Shown: piece by piece, positions 9,267 to 19,737 of the stretch | Position numbering within the stretch: position 1 is the first letter of the stretch | How the letters are laid out: every line of letters begins with the position of its first letter | Assembly (NCBI GenBank): GCA_034423135.1 | Contig: DAOUJC010000006.1 | Span: 65,670 to 129,669 of the forward strand | From: Dehalococcoidia bacterium | GTDB lineage: Bacteria > Chloroflexota > Dehalococcoidia > Lucifugimonadales > UBA2985 | Direction of reading: 5' to 3' | DNA length: 64,000 nt | Notes under the pieces: model-generated | Database searches by the model: none | Told to the model about the DNA's origin: nothing | Seen by the model: only the letters and a program-made list of their open reading frames with translations | Program-made: the position numbers and the translations under genes

Positions 9267-10199
9267 ATGACACCCACCAAGGTTCTGGTCACAGGGGGCG
9301 CGGGGTTCATCGGTTCCCACGTGGTGGACCGGCTGCTGGAGCTTGGCCATGAAGTCGCGGTCGTCGACGACCTCACCTCCGGTAGAGCGGCAAACCTCTC
9401 GCCTGCTGCCAAACTCTACGATACGGACATCGCCGGACCGGCCCTCGACGACGTGCTCCGCGCCGAGAGGCCGGAGGTGGTCTGCCACTACGCCGCCCAG
9501 ATCAGCGTGCCTCAGTCCATGCGCGATCCCGTCGCGGACGCCGGCATCAACATTCTCGGCTCGCTGAACCTGCTCCAGAGCTGCGTGCGAAACGGGGTGC
9601 GGAAGGTGGTCTACACGTCCAGTGGCGGGGCCATCTACGGCGAGCCCCAGTACCTGCCCTGCGACGAGGCGCACCCCGTGAACCCGCTGTCGTTCTACGG
9701 CGCGTCCAAGTACGCGGTTGAGAAGTACCTGTACGTCTACCGGCTGGAGCACGGGCTGGACTACACGGCGCTGCGGCTTGGCAACGTCTACGGCCCTCGG
9801 CAGGACCCCACGGGAGAGGCCGGAGTGGTCGCCATCTTCGCTCAGGCCATGCTGCAGGGCAGGCCCTTAACCATATATGGCACGGGCGAGCAGGAGCGGG
9901 ACTTCGTCTACGTGCGAGACGTGGTGGAGGCCAGTGTCGCAGCCATCGATCAGGGTGGCGGCGAGTCGTTCAACATCGCCACCGGCACGGGCACGTCGAT
10001 CAACCGCATCTACTCGCTGCTCAAGGAGGGCGCGGCGTACGCGGGCGAGGCGTCGTACGGCCCTGCGCGGCCCGGCGACGTGTTCAGGATCTACCTGGAC
10101 ATCGCGAAGGCGCGCGAGGGACTTGGGTGGGCGCCGCGGTACGCGCTGGAGGACGGGCTACGCGAGACGCTGCAGTGGTTTGGGAGTGGGGGCGGGTAG
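9267..10199 (+). CDS. NAD-dependent epimerase/dehydratase (UDP-glucose 4-epimerase-like)
   Basis: Internal ATG gives MTPTKVLVTGGAGFIGSHVVDRLLELGHEVAVVDDLTSG. YGASK catalytic motif is present. Confidence 0.85.
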   Translation: MTPTKVLVTGGAGFIGSHVVDRLLELGHEVAVVDDLTSGRAANLSPAAKLYDTDIAGPALDDVLRAERPEVVCHYAAQISVPQSMRDPVADAGINILGSLNLLQSCVRNGVRKVVYTSSGGAIYGEPQYLPCDEAHPVNPLSFYGASKYAVEKYLYVYRLEHGLDYTALRLGNVYGPRQDPTGEAGVVAIFAQAMLQGRPLTIYGTGEQERDFVYVRDVVEASVAAIDQGGGESFNIATGTGTSINRIYSLLKEGAAYAGEASYGPARPGDVFRIYLDIAKAREGLGWAPRYALEDGLRETLQWFGSGGG

Positions 10200-10240
10200 G
10201 CGACTCGGCAACCTAGGCCAACCCGATCTGGCCGGGGACA

Positions 10241-10570
10241 GTGATGGACGGAGAGATAAGCATGATTCCAGAGATTGAGGAGAGAGCTGACGAACTGAGG
10301 CGACTCTGCTCGGTGTACAGAGTTCAACGGCTTGACCTGTTCGGGTCGGCTTCAACGGGTCGGTACGATGCTGGGAGAAGTGACCTGGACTTCCTGGTTG
10401 AGTTTCAACCGGAGGCCCTCAGAGCATATGCCGACGCTTATTTTGGGCTGCTTGAGGCTCTCGAGGGGCTCTTCGGCCGGCGGGTAGACCTGGTGGTGGA
10501 GTCGGCAATCAAGAATCCTTACTTCCTGCAATCCGTAGAGCAGACGAGGACTCCTGTCTATGAAGCTTGA
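10241..10570 (+). CDS. mntA: MntA-type nucleotidyltransferase antitoxin
   Basis: LFGSASTGRYDAGRSDLDFLVEF (GS...DxD minimal nucleotidyltransferase motif). Overlaps the downstream HepT gene by 11 nt. Confidence 0.8.
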   Translation: MMDGEISMIPEIEERADELRRLCSVYRVQRLDLFGSASTGRYDAGRSDLDFLVEFQPEALRAYADAYFGLLEALEGLFGRRVDLVVESAIKNPYFLQSVEQTRTPVYEA

Positions 10571-10901
10571 GATTAGGAAGTACCTGCATGACATCAAGCG
10601 CGCTGCGGGACTGCTGGGAGATTTCACCGGCGAAAAGACATTTGCGGACTATAGAGGCGATGCCATGCTGCGGGCGGCCGTGGAGCGTCAATTCGAGATC
10701 ATTGGCGAGGCGATGGCACGGCTTGCCAGACTTGATGAGCAGGTGGCTGGCCGGATAAGCAACTATCAGCGCATCATCGCCTTCCGCAACGTGCTCATTC
10801 ATGGGTACGCCGACCTGGACGACCGGCTGGTATGGGATGTGATTGAGACTCACCTTCCGGTGCTGGTCAGCGATGTTGACGCAATTCTGAAGGACCTATG
10901 A
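10560..10901 (+). CDS. hepT: HepT (DUF86/HEPN) toxin
   Basis: FRNVLIHGY carries the Rx4H HEPN motif. About 113 aa, and paired with the nucleotidyltransferase gene. Confidence 0.8.
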   Translation: MKLEIRKYLHDIKRAAGLLGDFTGEKTFADYRGDAMLRAAVERQFEIIGEAMARLARLDEQVAGRISNYQRIIAFRNVLIHGYADLDDRLVWDVIETHLPVLVSDVDAILKDL

Positions 10902-11024
10902 TCGGGGCTCGAAGAGCTTCGTCCATTCCTGGGGAGGCAGGAATCCAGGCAGGGCTACAGCGACTGGCCCGCGCCTATCGGAGGATGACTGTGGTGGTAC
11001 GTTAAGGCTTGATACCCAACCCCT

Positions 11025-11059
11025 CCGTTGAACCTGCCTTCCCGGCTGTTGTAACATAG
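11025..11059 (+). repeat. left copy of a 35-bp perfect direct repeat carrying a promoter-like TTGAAC-18-TAACAT
   Basis: CCGTTGAACCTGCCTTCCCGGCTGTTGTAACATAG is identical to 11727-11761. Similarity continues imperfectly for about 15 nt downstream (ACCGATAGCCACTCT versus ACCGTTCGCTACCACTCT). Confidence 0.85.
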
Positions 11060-11068
11060 CACCGATAG

Positions 11069-11323
<255 letters not shown>

Positions 11324-11331
11324 GAGGCCGC

Positions 11332-11685
11332 ATGCGGGTCAAGTTGGACGAGAACCTGCCGATTCAACTCAAGCGCATATTCACTGAGTCCGGCCATGAC
11401 GCGGCCACGGTGGTTGACGAGGGTATCGGCGGGGCAACGGACGCAGAAGTGGCGTCGGCGTGCCTAGTCGAAGACCGCGTTCTTGTGACGCAAGATCTGG
11501 ACTTTGCCAACATCAAGACATATCCGCCATCGTTGTATCCGGGCATCATCGTCATCCGCTTGGGCAGCCAGAGTCGGGATAGTATTCTGGAGGCTGGCAA
11601 GACCCTGGTTGACGCGCTGGCGCAATCATCACCCCAAGGTCAGACTTGGATAGTAGAAGACGCTCGATTGCGCATCAGGGAGTGA
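11332..11685 (+). CDS. DUF5615-type PIN-like nuclease (toxin partner of DUF433)
   Basis: MRVKLDENLPIQLKRIFTESGHDAATV...RVLVTQDLDFANI matches the pattern of the Mut7-C/PIN-like partners of DUF433. It starts 8 nt after the DUF433 stop. Confidence 0.7.
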   Translation: MRVKLDENLPIQLKRIFTESGHDAATVVDEGIGGATDAEVASACLVEDRVLVTQDLDFANIKTYPPSLYPGIIVIRLGSQSRDSILEAGKTLVDALAQSSPQGQTWIVEDARLRIRE

Positions 11686-11726
11686 GCCAAGAGCACAATC
11701 ACGGAAGCCAACGTTGAGCAGACCCA

Positions 11727-11761
11727 CCGTTGAACCTGCCTTCCCGGCTGTTGTAACATAG
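11727..11761 (+). repeat. right copy of the 35-bp direct repeat/promoter, upstream of the VWA gene
   Basis: Identical 35-mer with TTGAAC 11730-11735 and TAACAT 11754-11759, 39 nt upstream of ATG 11800. Confidence 0.85.
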
Positions 11762-11799
11762 GACCGTTCGCTACCACTCTTTCTCTTCGGCAGGTCGCT

Positions 11800-13824
11800 A
11801 TGGACGACTTCAGGTACTCTCGCTGGGACGGAACACAGCAGGTCTTCGAGCCGTCGGAAGAGGACGTGATGGAGGAGATCGCCGACGACCTCATGGGCCA
11901 CGGCGACCTCATGCGCTCCCTTCGCAACCTGTTCCAGCGCGGCGTGCAGGACCCGTCCGGCCAGCGCATGCAGGGCCTCCGCGACATGCTCCAGCGCCTC
12001 CGCGAGCGGCGGCAGGAGCAGTTGGGACGCTACAACCTGGACTCCGTCCTAGACGACATCAAGGAACGCCTGAGCAACATCACTGACGCCGAGCGCCAGG
12101 GCATCGACCGGCGCCTGGACGAGGCCAGGCAGCAGCAGGCGCAGTCGCCGCCCGACGAGGCCGCCCAGCGCGAGCAGCTCATGCGCATGCTGGAGGAGCG
12201 CGCCGCCCGCAACCGAGAGCGCCTCGATAACCTGCCGGAAAGCCCCGCCGGCGCAATCCGCGAGCTCAATGACTACGAATTCATGGACCCGGAGGCGCAG
12301 CGCCAGTTCCAGGAGCTAATGGACCTGCTGAAGCAGCGCGTGCTGGAGAACACCTTCCAGGACATGCGGCAGCGCTTGCAGAACATGACGCCCGGGGACA
12401 TGGCCGCCATGCGCCAGATGCTCCGCGACCTGAACCAAATGCTGCAGGACCGGATGAGCGGGCAGGAGCCGGACTTTCAGGGCTTCATGGACCGGTACGG
12501 GAACCTGTTCGGAGACGAGCGGCCGCAGGACCTCGACGAGCTACTGGAGCAGCTGCAGAGTCGCATGGGCCAGGCCCAGTCGCTGATGAACAGCATGTCA
12601 TCGGAGATGCGGCAGGAGATCCAGCAGCTGATGGAGGAGGCCCTCGACGCGGAGACGATGAGCGAGATGGCGCAGCTGGCCGCGGCCATGAACCGCCTAT
12701 ACCCGCCGGACGAGATGGCCAACCGGTATCCGTTCCTCGGCGACGACTCGCTCACGTACGACGAGGCAATGGAGCTGATGGGCCAGCTTCAGAACATGGA
12801 TGAGCTTGAGGACCAGATACGCGAGGCCACCCGCAGGGGCAACCTCGAAGACCTGGACCTGGACGAGGTGCAGGAGCTTCTCGGCGACGACGCACGGCGC
12901 GACCTGGAGCAGCTTCAGCGCATCGCCAAAATGCTGGAGGAGGCCGGCTACGTCACGCAGCGAGGTAACCGGCTGGAGCTGACGCCCAAAGGCATCCGGC
13001 GCATCGGTCAGAAGGCCATGAAGGACATCTTCGCGCAGATAAAGCGCGACCGCATCGGCCAGCACCAGATGCACATGCGAGGCGCAGGCGGCGAACGCTA
13101 CGGCGACACGAAGCAGTACGAGTTTGGCGACCCGTTCGATCTGCACCTGGAGCGCACCATCAGGAACGCACTGCTCAACCGGGGTGGCGGCACGCCGGTG
13201 AGGATCGCGCCGCAGGACTTCGAGGTGCACGTGCCGGAGCACTCAGCGCAGGCGTCAACGGTGCTCCTGCTTGACCAGAGCCGCTCAATGGGCATGTACG
13301 GGAGCTTCGTCGCTGCCAAGAAGATGGCGATGGCCCTCTCGACCCTGATTCGCACGCAGTTCCCGCGTGACCGGCTCTACATCGTCGGATTCTCCGACTA
13401 CGCCATCGAGATCAGCGAAGACGAGCTAGCGCAGGTGACATGGAACGACTGGCAGTCCGGCACCAACATGCACCACGCGCTCATGCTGTCGCGCAAGCTG
13501 CTGGCCAAGGACAAGGGCGGAACCCGTCAGATCCTCATGGTCACGGACGGCGAGCCCACATGCCACCTGGAGGGCGACTACTCCTACTTCAGCTATCCGC
13601 CAAGCTACCAGACGATACGCGAGACGTTGAAAGAAGTGCGAAGATGCACGCAGGAAGGCATCACCATAAACACCTTCATGTTGGAGAGCAGCGCCTACCT
13701 GGTGGACTTTGTGGACAAGATGATGCGAATCAACCGCGGCCGCGCCTTCTATTCGGGTCCCGGTAGCCTGGGGCAGTACGTGCTTGTGGACTACATGTCG
13801 AACCGCAGGCGGCGCATCGCCTGA
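11800..13824 (+). CDS. von Willebrand factor A domain protein with a long Q/E/R/M-rich coiled-coil N-terminal region
   Basis: C-terminal VLLLDQSRSMGMYGSF (a DxSxS MIDAS-like motif) and ...ILMVTDGEPT. The N-terminal ~450 aa are low-complexity helical. No MoxR-type ATPase lies adjacent. Confidence 0.75.
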   Translation: MDDFRYSRWDGTQQVFEPSEEDVMEEIADDLMGHGDLMRSLRNLFQRGVQDPSGQRMQGLRDMLQRLRERRQEQLGRYNLDSVLDDIKERLSNITDAERQGIDRRLDEARQQQAQSPPDEAAQREQLMRMLEERAARNRERLDNLPESPAGAIRELNDYEFMDPEAQRQFQELMDLLKQRVLENTFQDMRQRLQNMTPGDMAAMRQMLRDLNQMLQDRMSGQEPDFQGFMDRYGNLFGDERPQDLDELLEQLQSRMGQAQSLMNSMSSEMRQEIQQLMEEALDAETMSEMAQLAAAMNRLYPPDEMANRYPFLGDDSLTYDEAMELMGQLQNMDELEDQIREATRRGNLEDLDLDEVQELLGDDARRDLEQLQRIAKMLEEAGYVTQRGNRLELTPKGIRRIGQKAMKDIFAQIKRDRIGQHQMHMRGAGGERYGDTKQYEFGDPFDLHLERTIRNALLNRGGGTPVRIAPQDFEVHVPEHSAQASTVLLLDQSRSMGMYGSFVAAKKMAMALSTLIRTQFPRDRLYIVGFSDYAIEISEDELAQVTWNDWQSGTNMHHALMLSRKLLAKDKGGTRQILMVTDGEPTCHLEGDYSYFSYPPSYQTIRETLKEVRRCTQEGITINTFMLESSAYLVDFVDKMMRINRGRAFYSGPGSLGQYVLVDYMSNRRRRIA

Positions 13825-13839
13825 GGCGGACCGCCTGAC

Positions 13840-14451
13840 CTACACCCTGGCCAGGAACTCCAGCGCCACGCGGTTGAACTCGTCCGGCTGCTCGTTGTTG
13901 ATGGTGTGGCCTCCCTCCAGCACAACCAGCTCTGCATTGGGCATCTCCGCCGCCATCTCCTCGCCGTGCTCCGGCGGGAAGATGTGGTCGTCGGTTGCCT
14001 GCACCACGAGCGCAGGCACCGTGATGGCCGAGAGCTCGCCGAGACGACGCGGGAAGTAGACCGATCCGGGGCGACCGCCGTCGCGCCCTCTGGCCGTTGC
14101 GCTGACGATGAGCGCCGCGCGGCACATGCCCTGGTACCGCATGAGGAACTCGATTAGCAGCATCCCGCCGTAGGACACACCACCGAGAAATGCCTGCTCA
14201 AGTCCCAAGCTGTCCATCAGCTGCTTCATGTCCTCCACCCACAGCTCCGACCTCTGCGGAACGTCAACGGGGGTAGAGCGGCCGCAGCCGCGGCGGTCGT
14301 AGCGTATCACGCGGTACTCGCGGGACAGTGCGTCGACCTGCGGGTCCCACTCCGTCACGTCGCTGAAGCCGCCGTGCCCAAGCAAGATCGGGTAGCCGTC
14401 GCCCGTCTCTTCGTAGTATAGCTCTACGTCCTTCAGCTTGGCGTATGGCAT
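13840..14451 (-). CDS. short alpha/beta-hydrolase
   Basis: HGGF oxyanion region, GVSYGG (GxSxG), and C-terminal LEGGHTINNE His. At 203 aa the cap region is very short. Confidence 0.7.
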   Translation of the reverse strand: MPYAKLKDVELYYEETGDGYPILLGHGGFSDVTEWDPQVDALSREYRVIRYDRRGCGRSTPVDVPQRSELWVEDMKQLMDSLGLEQAFLGGVSYGGMLLIEFLMRYQGMCRAALIVSATARGRDGGRPGSVYFPRRLGELSAITVPALVVQATDDHIFPPEHGEEMAAEMPNAELVVLEGGHTINNEQPDEFNRVALEFLARV

Positions 14452-14475
14452 GGCTACTCACTCCTGCGCCGGTCT

Positions 14476-15198
14476 CTACAGCCCGGCAGTGATGCTCCTC
14501 TGCAAGTCGATGTGTTCCCGTATGCCCTTCTCTGCAAGAGAGAGCAGCCCGTCCATTGCCTGCCTTGAGAAGGCGCTTCCCTCAGCCGTGCCCTGCACCT
14601 CGATGAAGTCGCCGTCGCCGGTCATGACCACGTTAAAGTCTACGTCCGCGCGATAGTCCTCGTCGTAGCACAGGTCCAGGATTGCCTCGCCATCCACCAG
14701 CCCAACGCTCGTGGCTGCCACCGCTGTGGTGAGAGGCACGGACGCGATGGCTCCGGTCTTGACCAGGTACGCCAGCGCCTGGTACAGAGCGATGTAAGCG
14801 CCGGTGATGGCGGCCGTCCGCGTACCGCCGTCGGCCTGCAGCACGTCGCAGTCGATTGTCAGCGTGCGCTCGCCGAGTGCCTTCATCTCGACCACGGCCC
14901 TGAGGGAGCGGCCGATCAGGCGCTGGATCTCCTGAGTGCGGCCGTCCACGCGGCCGGCCTCGCGCTCCCTTGCGCGCCTGGTGAGCGTGGAGCGAGGCAG
15001 CATACCGTACTCGGCGGTGACCCAGCCGCGGCCCTGGCCACGCAGGAAAGGAGGCACTCGCTCCTCCACGGAGGCGGTGCAGATTACGCGAGTCTCTCCA
15101 ACCTCGATGAGAGCGGAGCCTTCGGGAAACGCCAGGTAGGAAGGCGTAATTCTGACCTCGCGCGGCTGGTCGTTGGCCCTGCCGTCAACCCTGAACAT
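14476..15198 (-). CDS. rph: ribonuclease PH
   Basis: Internal ATG gives [46 protein letters not shown]...[14 protein letters not shown], the canonical RNase PH sequence. Confidence 0.9.
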   Translation of the reverse strand: MFRVDGRANDQPREVRITPSYLAFPEGSALIEVGETRVICTASVEERVPPFLRGQGRGWVTAEYGMLPRSTLTRRAREREAGRVDGRTQEIQRLIGRSLRAVVEMKALGERTLTIDCDVLQADGGTRTAAITGAYIALYQALAYLVKTGAIASVPLTTAVAATSVGLVDGEAILDLCYDEDYRADVDFNVVMTGDGDFIEVQGTAEGSAFSRQAMDGLLSLAEKGIREHIDLQRSITAGL

Positions 15199-15247
15199 GC
15201 GGTGGCGTCCTCCTTGCGACTGCCAAGTATAGCACACCGAGCCCCGC

Positions 15248-17692
15248 CTACCGCTCAGTATGGATGCTCAGGCTCGCCCCGTCCGACACGATCTCGACGC
15301 TGCCATGCTGGTAGGTCGCGAAGACGCGGTCGGCGCCGAGAGCCTCCGTTAGCGTCTCCACCACTTCAGGGTGAGGGTGCCCGAATCGGTTTTCGGCGCC
15401 GACCGATATGACGGCCACCTGCGGCGACACCTCCCGCAGGAAGTCCGGCGTGGTCGATGTGCGGCTGCCCTGGTGGCCCACCTTCAGCACCGTGCTGTCC
15501 AGGTGCAGGGAACGCCGCAGCAGGTAGTTCTCGGCGTCCCACTGGATATCGCCCGCCAGCAGGAACGATGTCTCGCCGTAGACAAGGCGGGTTACCACGG
15601 ACGAGTTGTTGAGGTCCGAGGATGTGCCCACCAGCAACTCACTTGGAGGGTACAGCACCTCCAGCACCAACCCGTGGTCCAGCTTGATGTGCTGACCGGG
15701 CAGAGCCTGCACCACCGGTCCATCTCTCGCGCTCAGCGCCGCCCGCCAGGACGCGTACTCGGACGACGTATGTTCCACCTCGCGCTCCAGCACAAGCGCC
15801 GCGTCGTACCGGCGCAGCGCGTCGACCAGTCCTGCAGTGTGGTCGGCGTGCGGGTGTGTGAGTACCACCAGATCCAAGCTGCGATCCCAGAACGGCATGC
15901 GCTCGCCGAGGAGGTTGAGCAGGAGTTTGGGGTCAGGCCCGCCGTCGACCAGCACCTGCCGACCTCCCGGCGTAACGATGAATATCGAGTCGCCCTGGCC
16001 CACGTCTAGGTACGTGACGTGCAGACGCCCGTCGGGACGTTCGAGGGCTGCGCCCCACGTGGCCGCGGTAGCCAGCATCGTCACCGCAATGATCGACCAG
16101 AGACCCAAGCCTCCAGACCGGCCACGTTCGCCCGCCGCCGCTCCCTGCATTGCCGGCGTCTCTGACCGAGATGGAGCCGCGCGTAGCATACCGGACAGCG
16201 GGCGCAGCATCATCGCGCCTGCCAGCGCCGCGTAGTAGGCCGCGACGAGGGGCGCGCCCATCCAGCCCACGCGGACGGCCGAGCCCGGTATGGCGTCGAA
16301 TAGCTCCACCACCTGCTTGAGGTATGACAGGCACAGCCACGCGATCCAGGCCGTCGGCCGCGCTGCGCTCGCGTCCAACATGCCAAGCGCCGACGTCAGA
16401 AGCGCGGAACCCAGGATGAGCGGCATCGCGGGCATGGCCAGCAGAGTGGCGGGAAGGCTCACCAGCGACACGTAGTTGAAGTAGTAGGCCACCAACGGTA
16501 GCGTTGCCAGAGTGGCCGCCACCGATGCCGCGACCCCAAAGGTGAGCTCGCGGCTCCACGGGCGCTCAGGGCCAGCGGGCAGCGCGAGCTGGAGCCGGCG
16601 CTCAATGGGCGGCGCGAGAAGCACAAGCCCGGCCATCGCGGCGAAGCTAAGCTGGAAGGAGACGCTGGTCAGAATCGCAGGGCTGAGGCCCACCATCACC
16701 GCGGCCGCCGCGGCGAGCGCGGGCATCCCGCTGTTCTGCCTGCCCAGGTACAGTCCGGCCAGGTAGACGCTGCCCATGATCGCCGCTCTCTGCACCGAGG
16801 GCGACATACCGGACAGTGCAGCGTACATCCACACTGCGGCGAGAGGCGCCAGCACGTAGATCTGGCCCCGCGCTCCGAACACCCATCTGCTGGCCGCCAG
16901 GGAGAGGGCAAGAAACACTCCAACGTGCAGGCCGGAGATGGCCAGGAGATGGGACGTGCCGGTCTCCCGAAATGCGCGGACGAGGTCTGAGGGCAACGCG
17001 CTTCTGATTCCCAGCAGGATTGCTTGCGACATTGCCCCCTGAGGCTCGGAGAGAGACTGCGACAGGTTCTGAGACAGCCTGTGCCGCAGGCGGTAGATGC
17101 CTCCAAGCTGTGGGTTGCCCTCACCCTCGCCTGCGAGCGCCAGCCTTGGATACAGCATCACCGAGTGGATGCCCTGACGTGCCAGGTAGTCACGATAGTC
17201 GAAGTCCTGGAAGGACTCCGGCTGCTCGACTTTCCCGGTCACGACCAGCCGGTCGCCGTAACGCAGGAGCGGGTCGCGGCCAGTCTCGACCATAGCGGCC
17301 GGCGGCCTCGCGGTCACGAGCAGCCCGCCCTGAGACTCTTGCCAGTCGTCTCCCAGCAGCACTCTTTCCACGGCGAGACGGAAGTGCCAGCCGGAGGAGC
17401 GGCGGTCCGGGTCGGCTACGATCACGCCCTGCACCGCGATGCTACCCTGGCCGTTGTAGGTCTGGATGGGTGGCGCCATCTCCTCACCCATTCCTGTGCT
17501 TGCTCTCAGCGCTCCAAGCGCAATGAGCGCTATCACCACGGCCGGCAGCACGGGCCGCGCCCGTAGCCTGAGCAGCAGAGCAAGCACGAGGGCCTCAACC
17601 AGCACCGCGATCATGCCGATCGCGGGGATGTCTACCAGCGTGGCCAGGTAGATTCCAGCGGTCCAGCCCGCCGCGAGCAGGACCAGCCGCAC
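15248..17692 (-). CDS. comEC: ComEC/Rec2 DNA internalisation channel with a C-terminal metallo-beta-lactamase domain
   Basis: 814-aa polytopic protein. Contains the competence-domain segment ([14 protein letters not shown]) and a C-terminal [15 protein letters not shown] motif. Confidence 0.85.
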   Translation of the reverse strand: MRLVLLAAGWTAGIYLATLVDIPAIGMIAVLVEALVLALLLRLRARPVLPAVVIALIALGALRASTGMGEEMAPPIQTYNGQGSIAVQGVIVADPDRRSSGWHFRLAVERVLLGDDWQESQGGLLVTARPPAAMVETGRDPLLRYGDRLVVTGKVEQPESFQDFDYRDYLARQGIHSVMLYPRLALAGEGEGNPQLGGIYRLRHRLSQNLSQSLSEPQGAMSQAILLGIRSALPSDLVRAFRETGTSHLLAISGLHVGVFLALSLAASRWVFGARGQIYVLAPLAAVWMYAALSGMSPSVQRAAIMGSVYLAGLYLGRQNSGMPALAAAAAVMVGLSPAILTSVSFQLSFAAMAGLVLLAPPIERRLQLALPAGPERPWSRELTFGVAASVAATLATLPLVAYYFNYVSLVSLPATLLAMPAMPLILGSALLTSALGMLDASAARPTAWIAWLCLSYLKQVVELFDAIPGSAVRVGWMGAPLVAAYYAALAGAMMLRPLSGMLRAAPSRSETPAMQGAAAGERGRSGGLGLWSIIAVTMLATAATWGAALERPDGRLHVTYLDVGQGDSIFIVTPGGRQVLVDGGPDPKLLLNLLGERMPFWDRSLDLVVLTHPHADHTAGLVDALRRYDAALVLEREVEHTSSEYASWRAALSARDGPVVQALPGQHIKLDHGLVLEVLYPPSELLVGTSSDLNNSSVVTRLVYGETSFLLAGDIQWDAENYLLRRSLHLDSTVLKVGHQGSRTSTTPDFLREVSPQVAVISVGAENRFGHPHPEVVETLTEALGADRVFATYQHGSVEIVSDGASLSIHTER

Positions 17693-17694
17693 GG

Positions 17695-18324
17695 CTACTC
17701 TACCGTCGCGAAGTCCAGAAGGCTGTCCACGGTCTTTGGGCCAAGGCCGGGCACCAGCAGCAGATCTTCTGCCCGGGAGAACGGGCCTACCGCAGTTCGG
17801 TACGCGATGATGTCGTCAGCCCTTCCAGGTCCGATACCGGGAAGCTCCTGCAGCTCCTCGGCCGTGGCAGTGTTGATGTTCACCGCGGCCCCTGCCGGCG
17901 ACGCATTGGGCGAATCGACCTCCTCCCCGATGCCGGGTATGTAGAAGTGGTCCTCGTCTCTGGCGCGCAGCGATGGGTTGACTCTCCGGGGGTCGGCGTC
18001 TCCTGTGAGGCCTCCTGCCATGACCAGCACATCCTCCAGCCTGGCGCCTGGCGGCACGACGTAGACTCCAGGCCGGTTCACCGCGCCGTTGACGTACACC
18101 TTGAGCTCAGGCTGCGGCGTGGCAGTGGGAAGCGTCACCACGATTGGGCCGGGAGAGGGCCGTAGCAACAGCACAGTAGCTCCCACTCCGAGGGCGGACA
18201 GGCATAGAAGCAGGAGGATGAGCTGAATCGAGGATTTCAATGGGGAGCTCACACGGAAGGCAGGGCCACTATAGGCGACGCATATATGGGTGTCAAGGAA
18301 GCCAGGACCGTCGCATGGACTCAC
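17695..18324 (-). CDS. comEA: ComEA-type DNA receptor (SLBB plus helix-hairpin-helix)
   Basis: NINTATAEELQELPGIGPGRADDIIAYR...LLLVPGLGPKTVDSL (tandem HhH) and VYVNGAVNRPGVY (SLBB). Start is uncertain, with an alternative GTG at 18252 just before the TM helix. Confidence 0.75.
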   Translation of the reverse strand: MSPCDGPGFLDTHICVAYSGPAFRVSSPLKSSIQLILLLLCLSALGVGATVLLLRPSPGPIVVTLPTATPQPELKVYVNGAVNRPGVYVVPPGARLEDVLVMAGGLTGDADPRRVNPSLRARDEDHFYIPGIGEEVDSPNASPAGAAVNINTATAEELQELPGIGPGRADDIIAYRTAVGPFSRAEDLLLVPGLGPKTVDSLLDFATVE

Positions 18325-18352
18325 ACAGGCAGGCGAAAGTGAGATATTACAA

Positions 18353-18382
18353 TTGACGCAAGCCTGAGTATTGTGCTATATT
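18353..18382 (+). promoter_or_regulatory. near-consensus extended -10 promoter of the infC-rpmI-rplT operon
   Basis: TTGACG (18353-18358), an 18-nt spacer ending in TGC, then TATATT (18377-18382). Confidence 0.55.
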
Positions 18383-18422
18383 CTGCGTCACTAATTCCAG
18401 AACCAACGGCGGGGGGAAGGGC

Positions 18423-19004
18423 ATACCAAGGGAGTACAGGACCAACCAGCGTATCAGAGTGCCTGAGGTGCTTGTCGTCGACGAGCAGGGCGAGCAGCTT
18501 GGCACTATGCCCACGCCTCAGGCCATTCAGCTTGCACAGGAGAGAGGCCTGGACCTGGTGGAGGTAGCCCCTGCGGCCCAACCGCCCGTGTGCCGCCTTC
18601 TCGACTATGGGAAGTTCCGCTACATCCAGACCAAGAAGGAGCGCGAGGGCCGCAAGACACAGAAGGTGAACCTGCTGCGCGAGGTCCGGTTCCGGCCCCG
18701 CATCGGCGAGCACGACATGGCGGCCAAGCGCCGGATAGTCAAGAAGCTGCTCGACGAAGGCTCCAAGGTCAAGCTGACCGTCATGTTCAGAGGCAGAGAG
18801 ATCACGCATCAGGACCTGGGAGTCGAGCTCCTGCGGAGGACGGCGGAGGCCTTCAAGGATGAGGCCAAGCTGGAGAAGGCGCCCACCATGGAGGGGCGCA
18901 GGCTGAGCATAGTGATAGCTCCGCTCGGCCAGCAGCGAGCCAAGGTCGAGAAGGAGCAGGACACCAAGGACCGGAGAGAACAGGAGGCGGTGGCGAATGC
19001 CTAA
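18423..19004 (+). CDS. infC: translation initiation factor IF-3, apparently starting at a non-canonical ATA codon
   Basis: The track ORF starts at GTG 18459. The in-frame upstream codons encode the conserved IF-3 N-terminus (I)[15 protein letters not shown]. No ATG, GTG, TTG or CTG occurs in frame between the stop at 18354 and 18459. A G-rich SD (GGGGGGAAGG, 18411-18420) precedes ATA 18423. Confidence 0.8.
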   Translation: MPREYRTNQRIRVPEVLVVDEQGEQLGTMPTPQAIQLAQERGLDLVEVAPAAQPPVCRLLDYGKFRYIQTKKEREGRKTQKVNLLREVRFRPRIGEHDMAAKRRIVKKLLDEGSKVKLTVMFRGREITHQDLGVELLRRTAEAFKDEAKLEKAPTMEGRRLSIVIAPLGQQRAKVEKEQDTKDRREQEAVANA

Positions 19005-19194
19005 GCTCAAGACTCACAAGGGGGCAAAGGCCCGGTTTCACGTCACGGGCACCGGCAAGGTGCTGCGGATGAAGGGCCACAGAAGCCACCTGCGCCGGAA
19101 GAAGCCCGCTAGGGTGCACCGGCTGTATCACAAGAAGCACGAGGTCAGCTCCTCGGATCTGAACAGGATCCACAAGGTGCTGCCGTACCTGTAG
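18997..19194 (+). CDS. rpmI: 50S ribosomal protein L35
   Basis: [36 protein letters not shown]. Overlaps the infC stop. Confidence 0.9.
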   Translation: MPKLKTHKGAKARFHVTGTGKVLRMKGHRSHLRRKKPARVHRLYHKKHEVSSSDLNRIHKVLPYL

Positions 19195-19212
19195 ACCGCA
19201 CGGAGACCAATC

Positions 19213-19587
19213 GTGGCCAGAATCAAGCGCGGCGTTGCCGCAAGGCAACGGCACAAGAAGCTGCTGAAGATGACCAAGGGTCATCGGGGCGGCCGTCACA
19301 ACCTCTACCGGCAGGCCAAGGAGTCGATGCTGAGCGCGCTCAGTCACGCCTACAACCATCGCCGGGAGCGCAAGGGCGATATGCGGCGCCTGTGGATCAC
19401 GCGCATCAACGCCGCGGCTCGCGAGCATGGGCTGTCCTACAGCCGGCTGGTCCACGGGCTGGGCCAGGCGCAGGTTGCGGTTGATCGCAAGATGCTGGCC
19501 GACCTCGCAGTCAGGGATCCAGCTGCCTTCGCGCAGCTCGCAGCCATGGCCAAAGAGGCCGCGGCTCCGGCAGCCGCCTCCGCCTGA
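19213..19587 (+). CDS. rplT: 50S ribosomal protein L20
   Basis: (GTG)ARIKRGVAARQRHKKLLKMTKGHRGGRHNLYRQAKE. Confidence 0.9.
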   Translation: MARIKRGVAARQRHKKLLKMTKGHRGGRHNLYRQAKESMLSALSHAYNHRRERKGDMRRLWITRINAAAREHGLSYSRLVHGLGQAQVAVDRKMLADLAVRDPAAFAQLAAMAKEAAAPAAASA

Positions 19588-19737
19588 CGCCGGCACCGGC
19601 CTAGCTGCGGAATCGCGCCTCACCTTCCGGCACCTCAAGTATCGCCTCTGGCAAGCGCGCCGATCTTCGCTTCCTTCGCTCTATCGCGGCTACGCGCAGG
19701 TTGAGCGCGTCCTCGTGATGCCTTAAGCTGAGACCAG

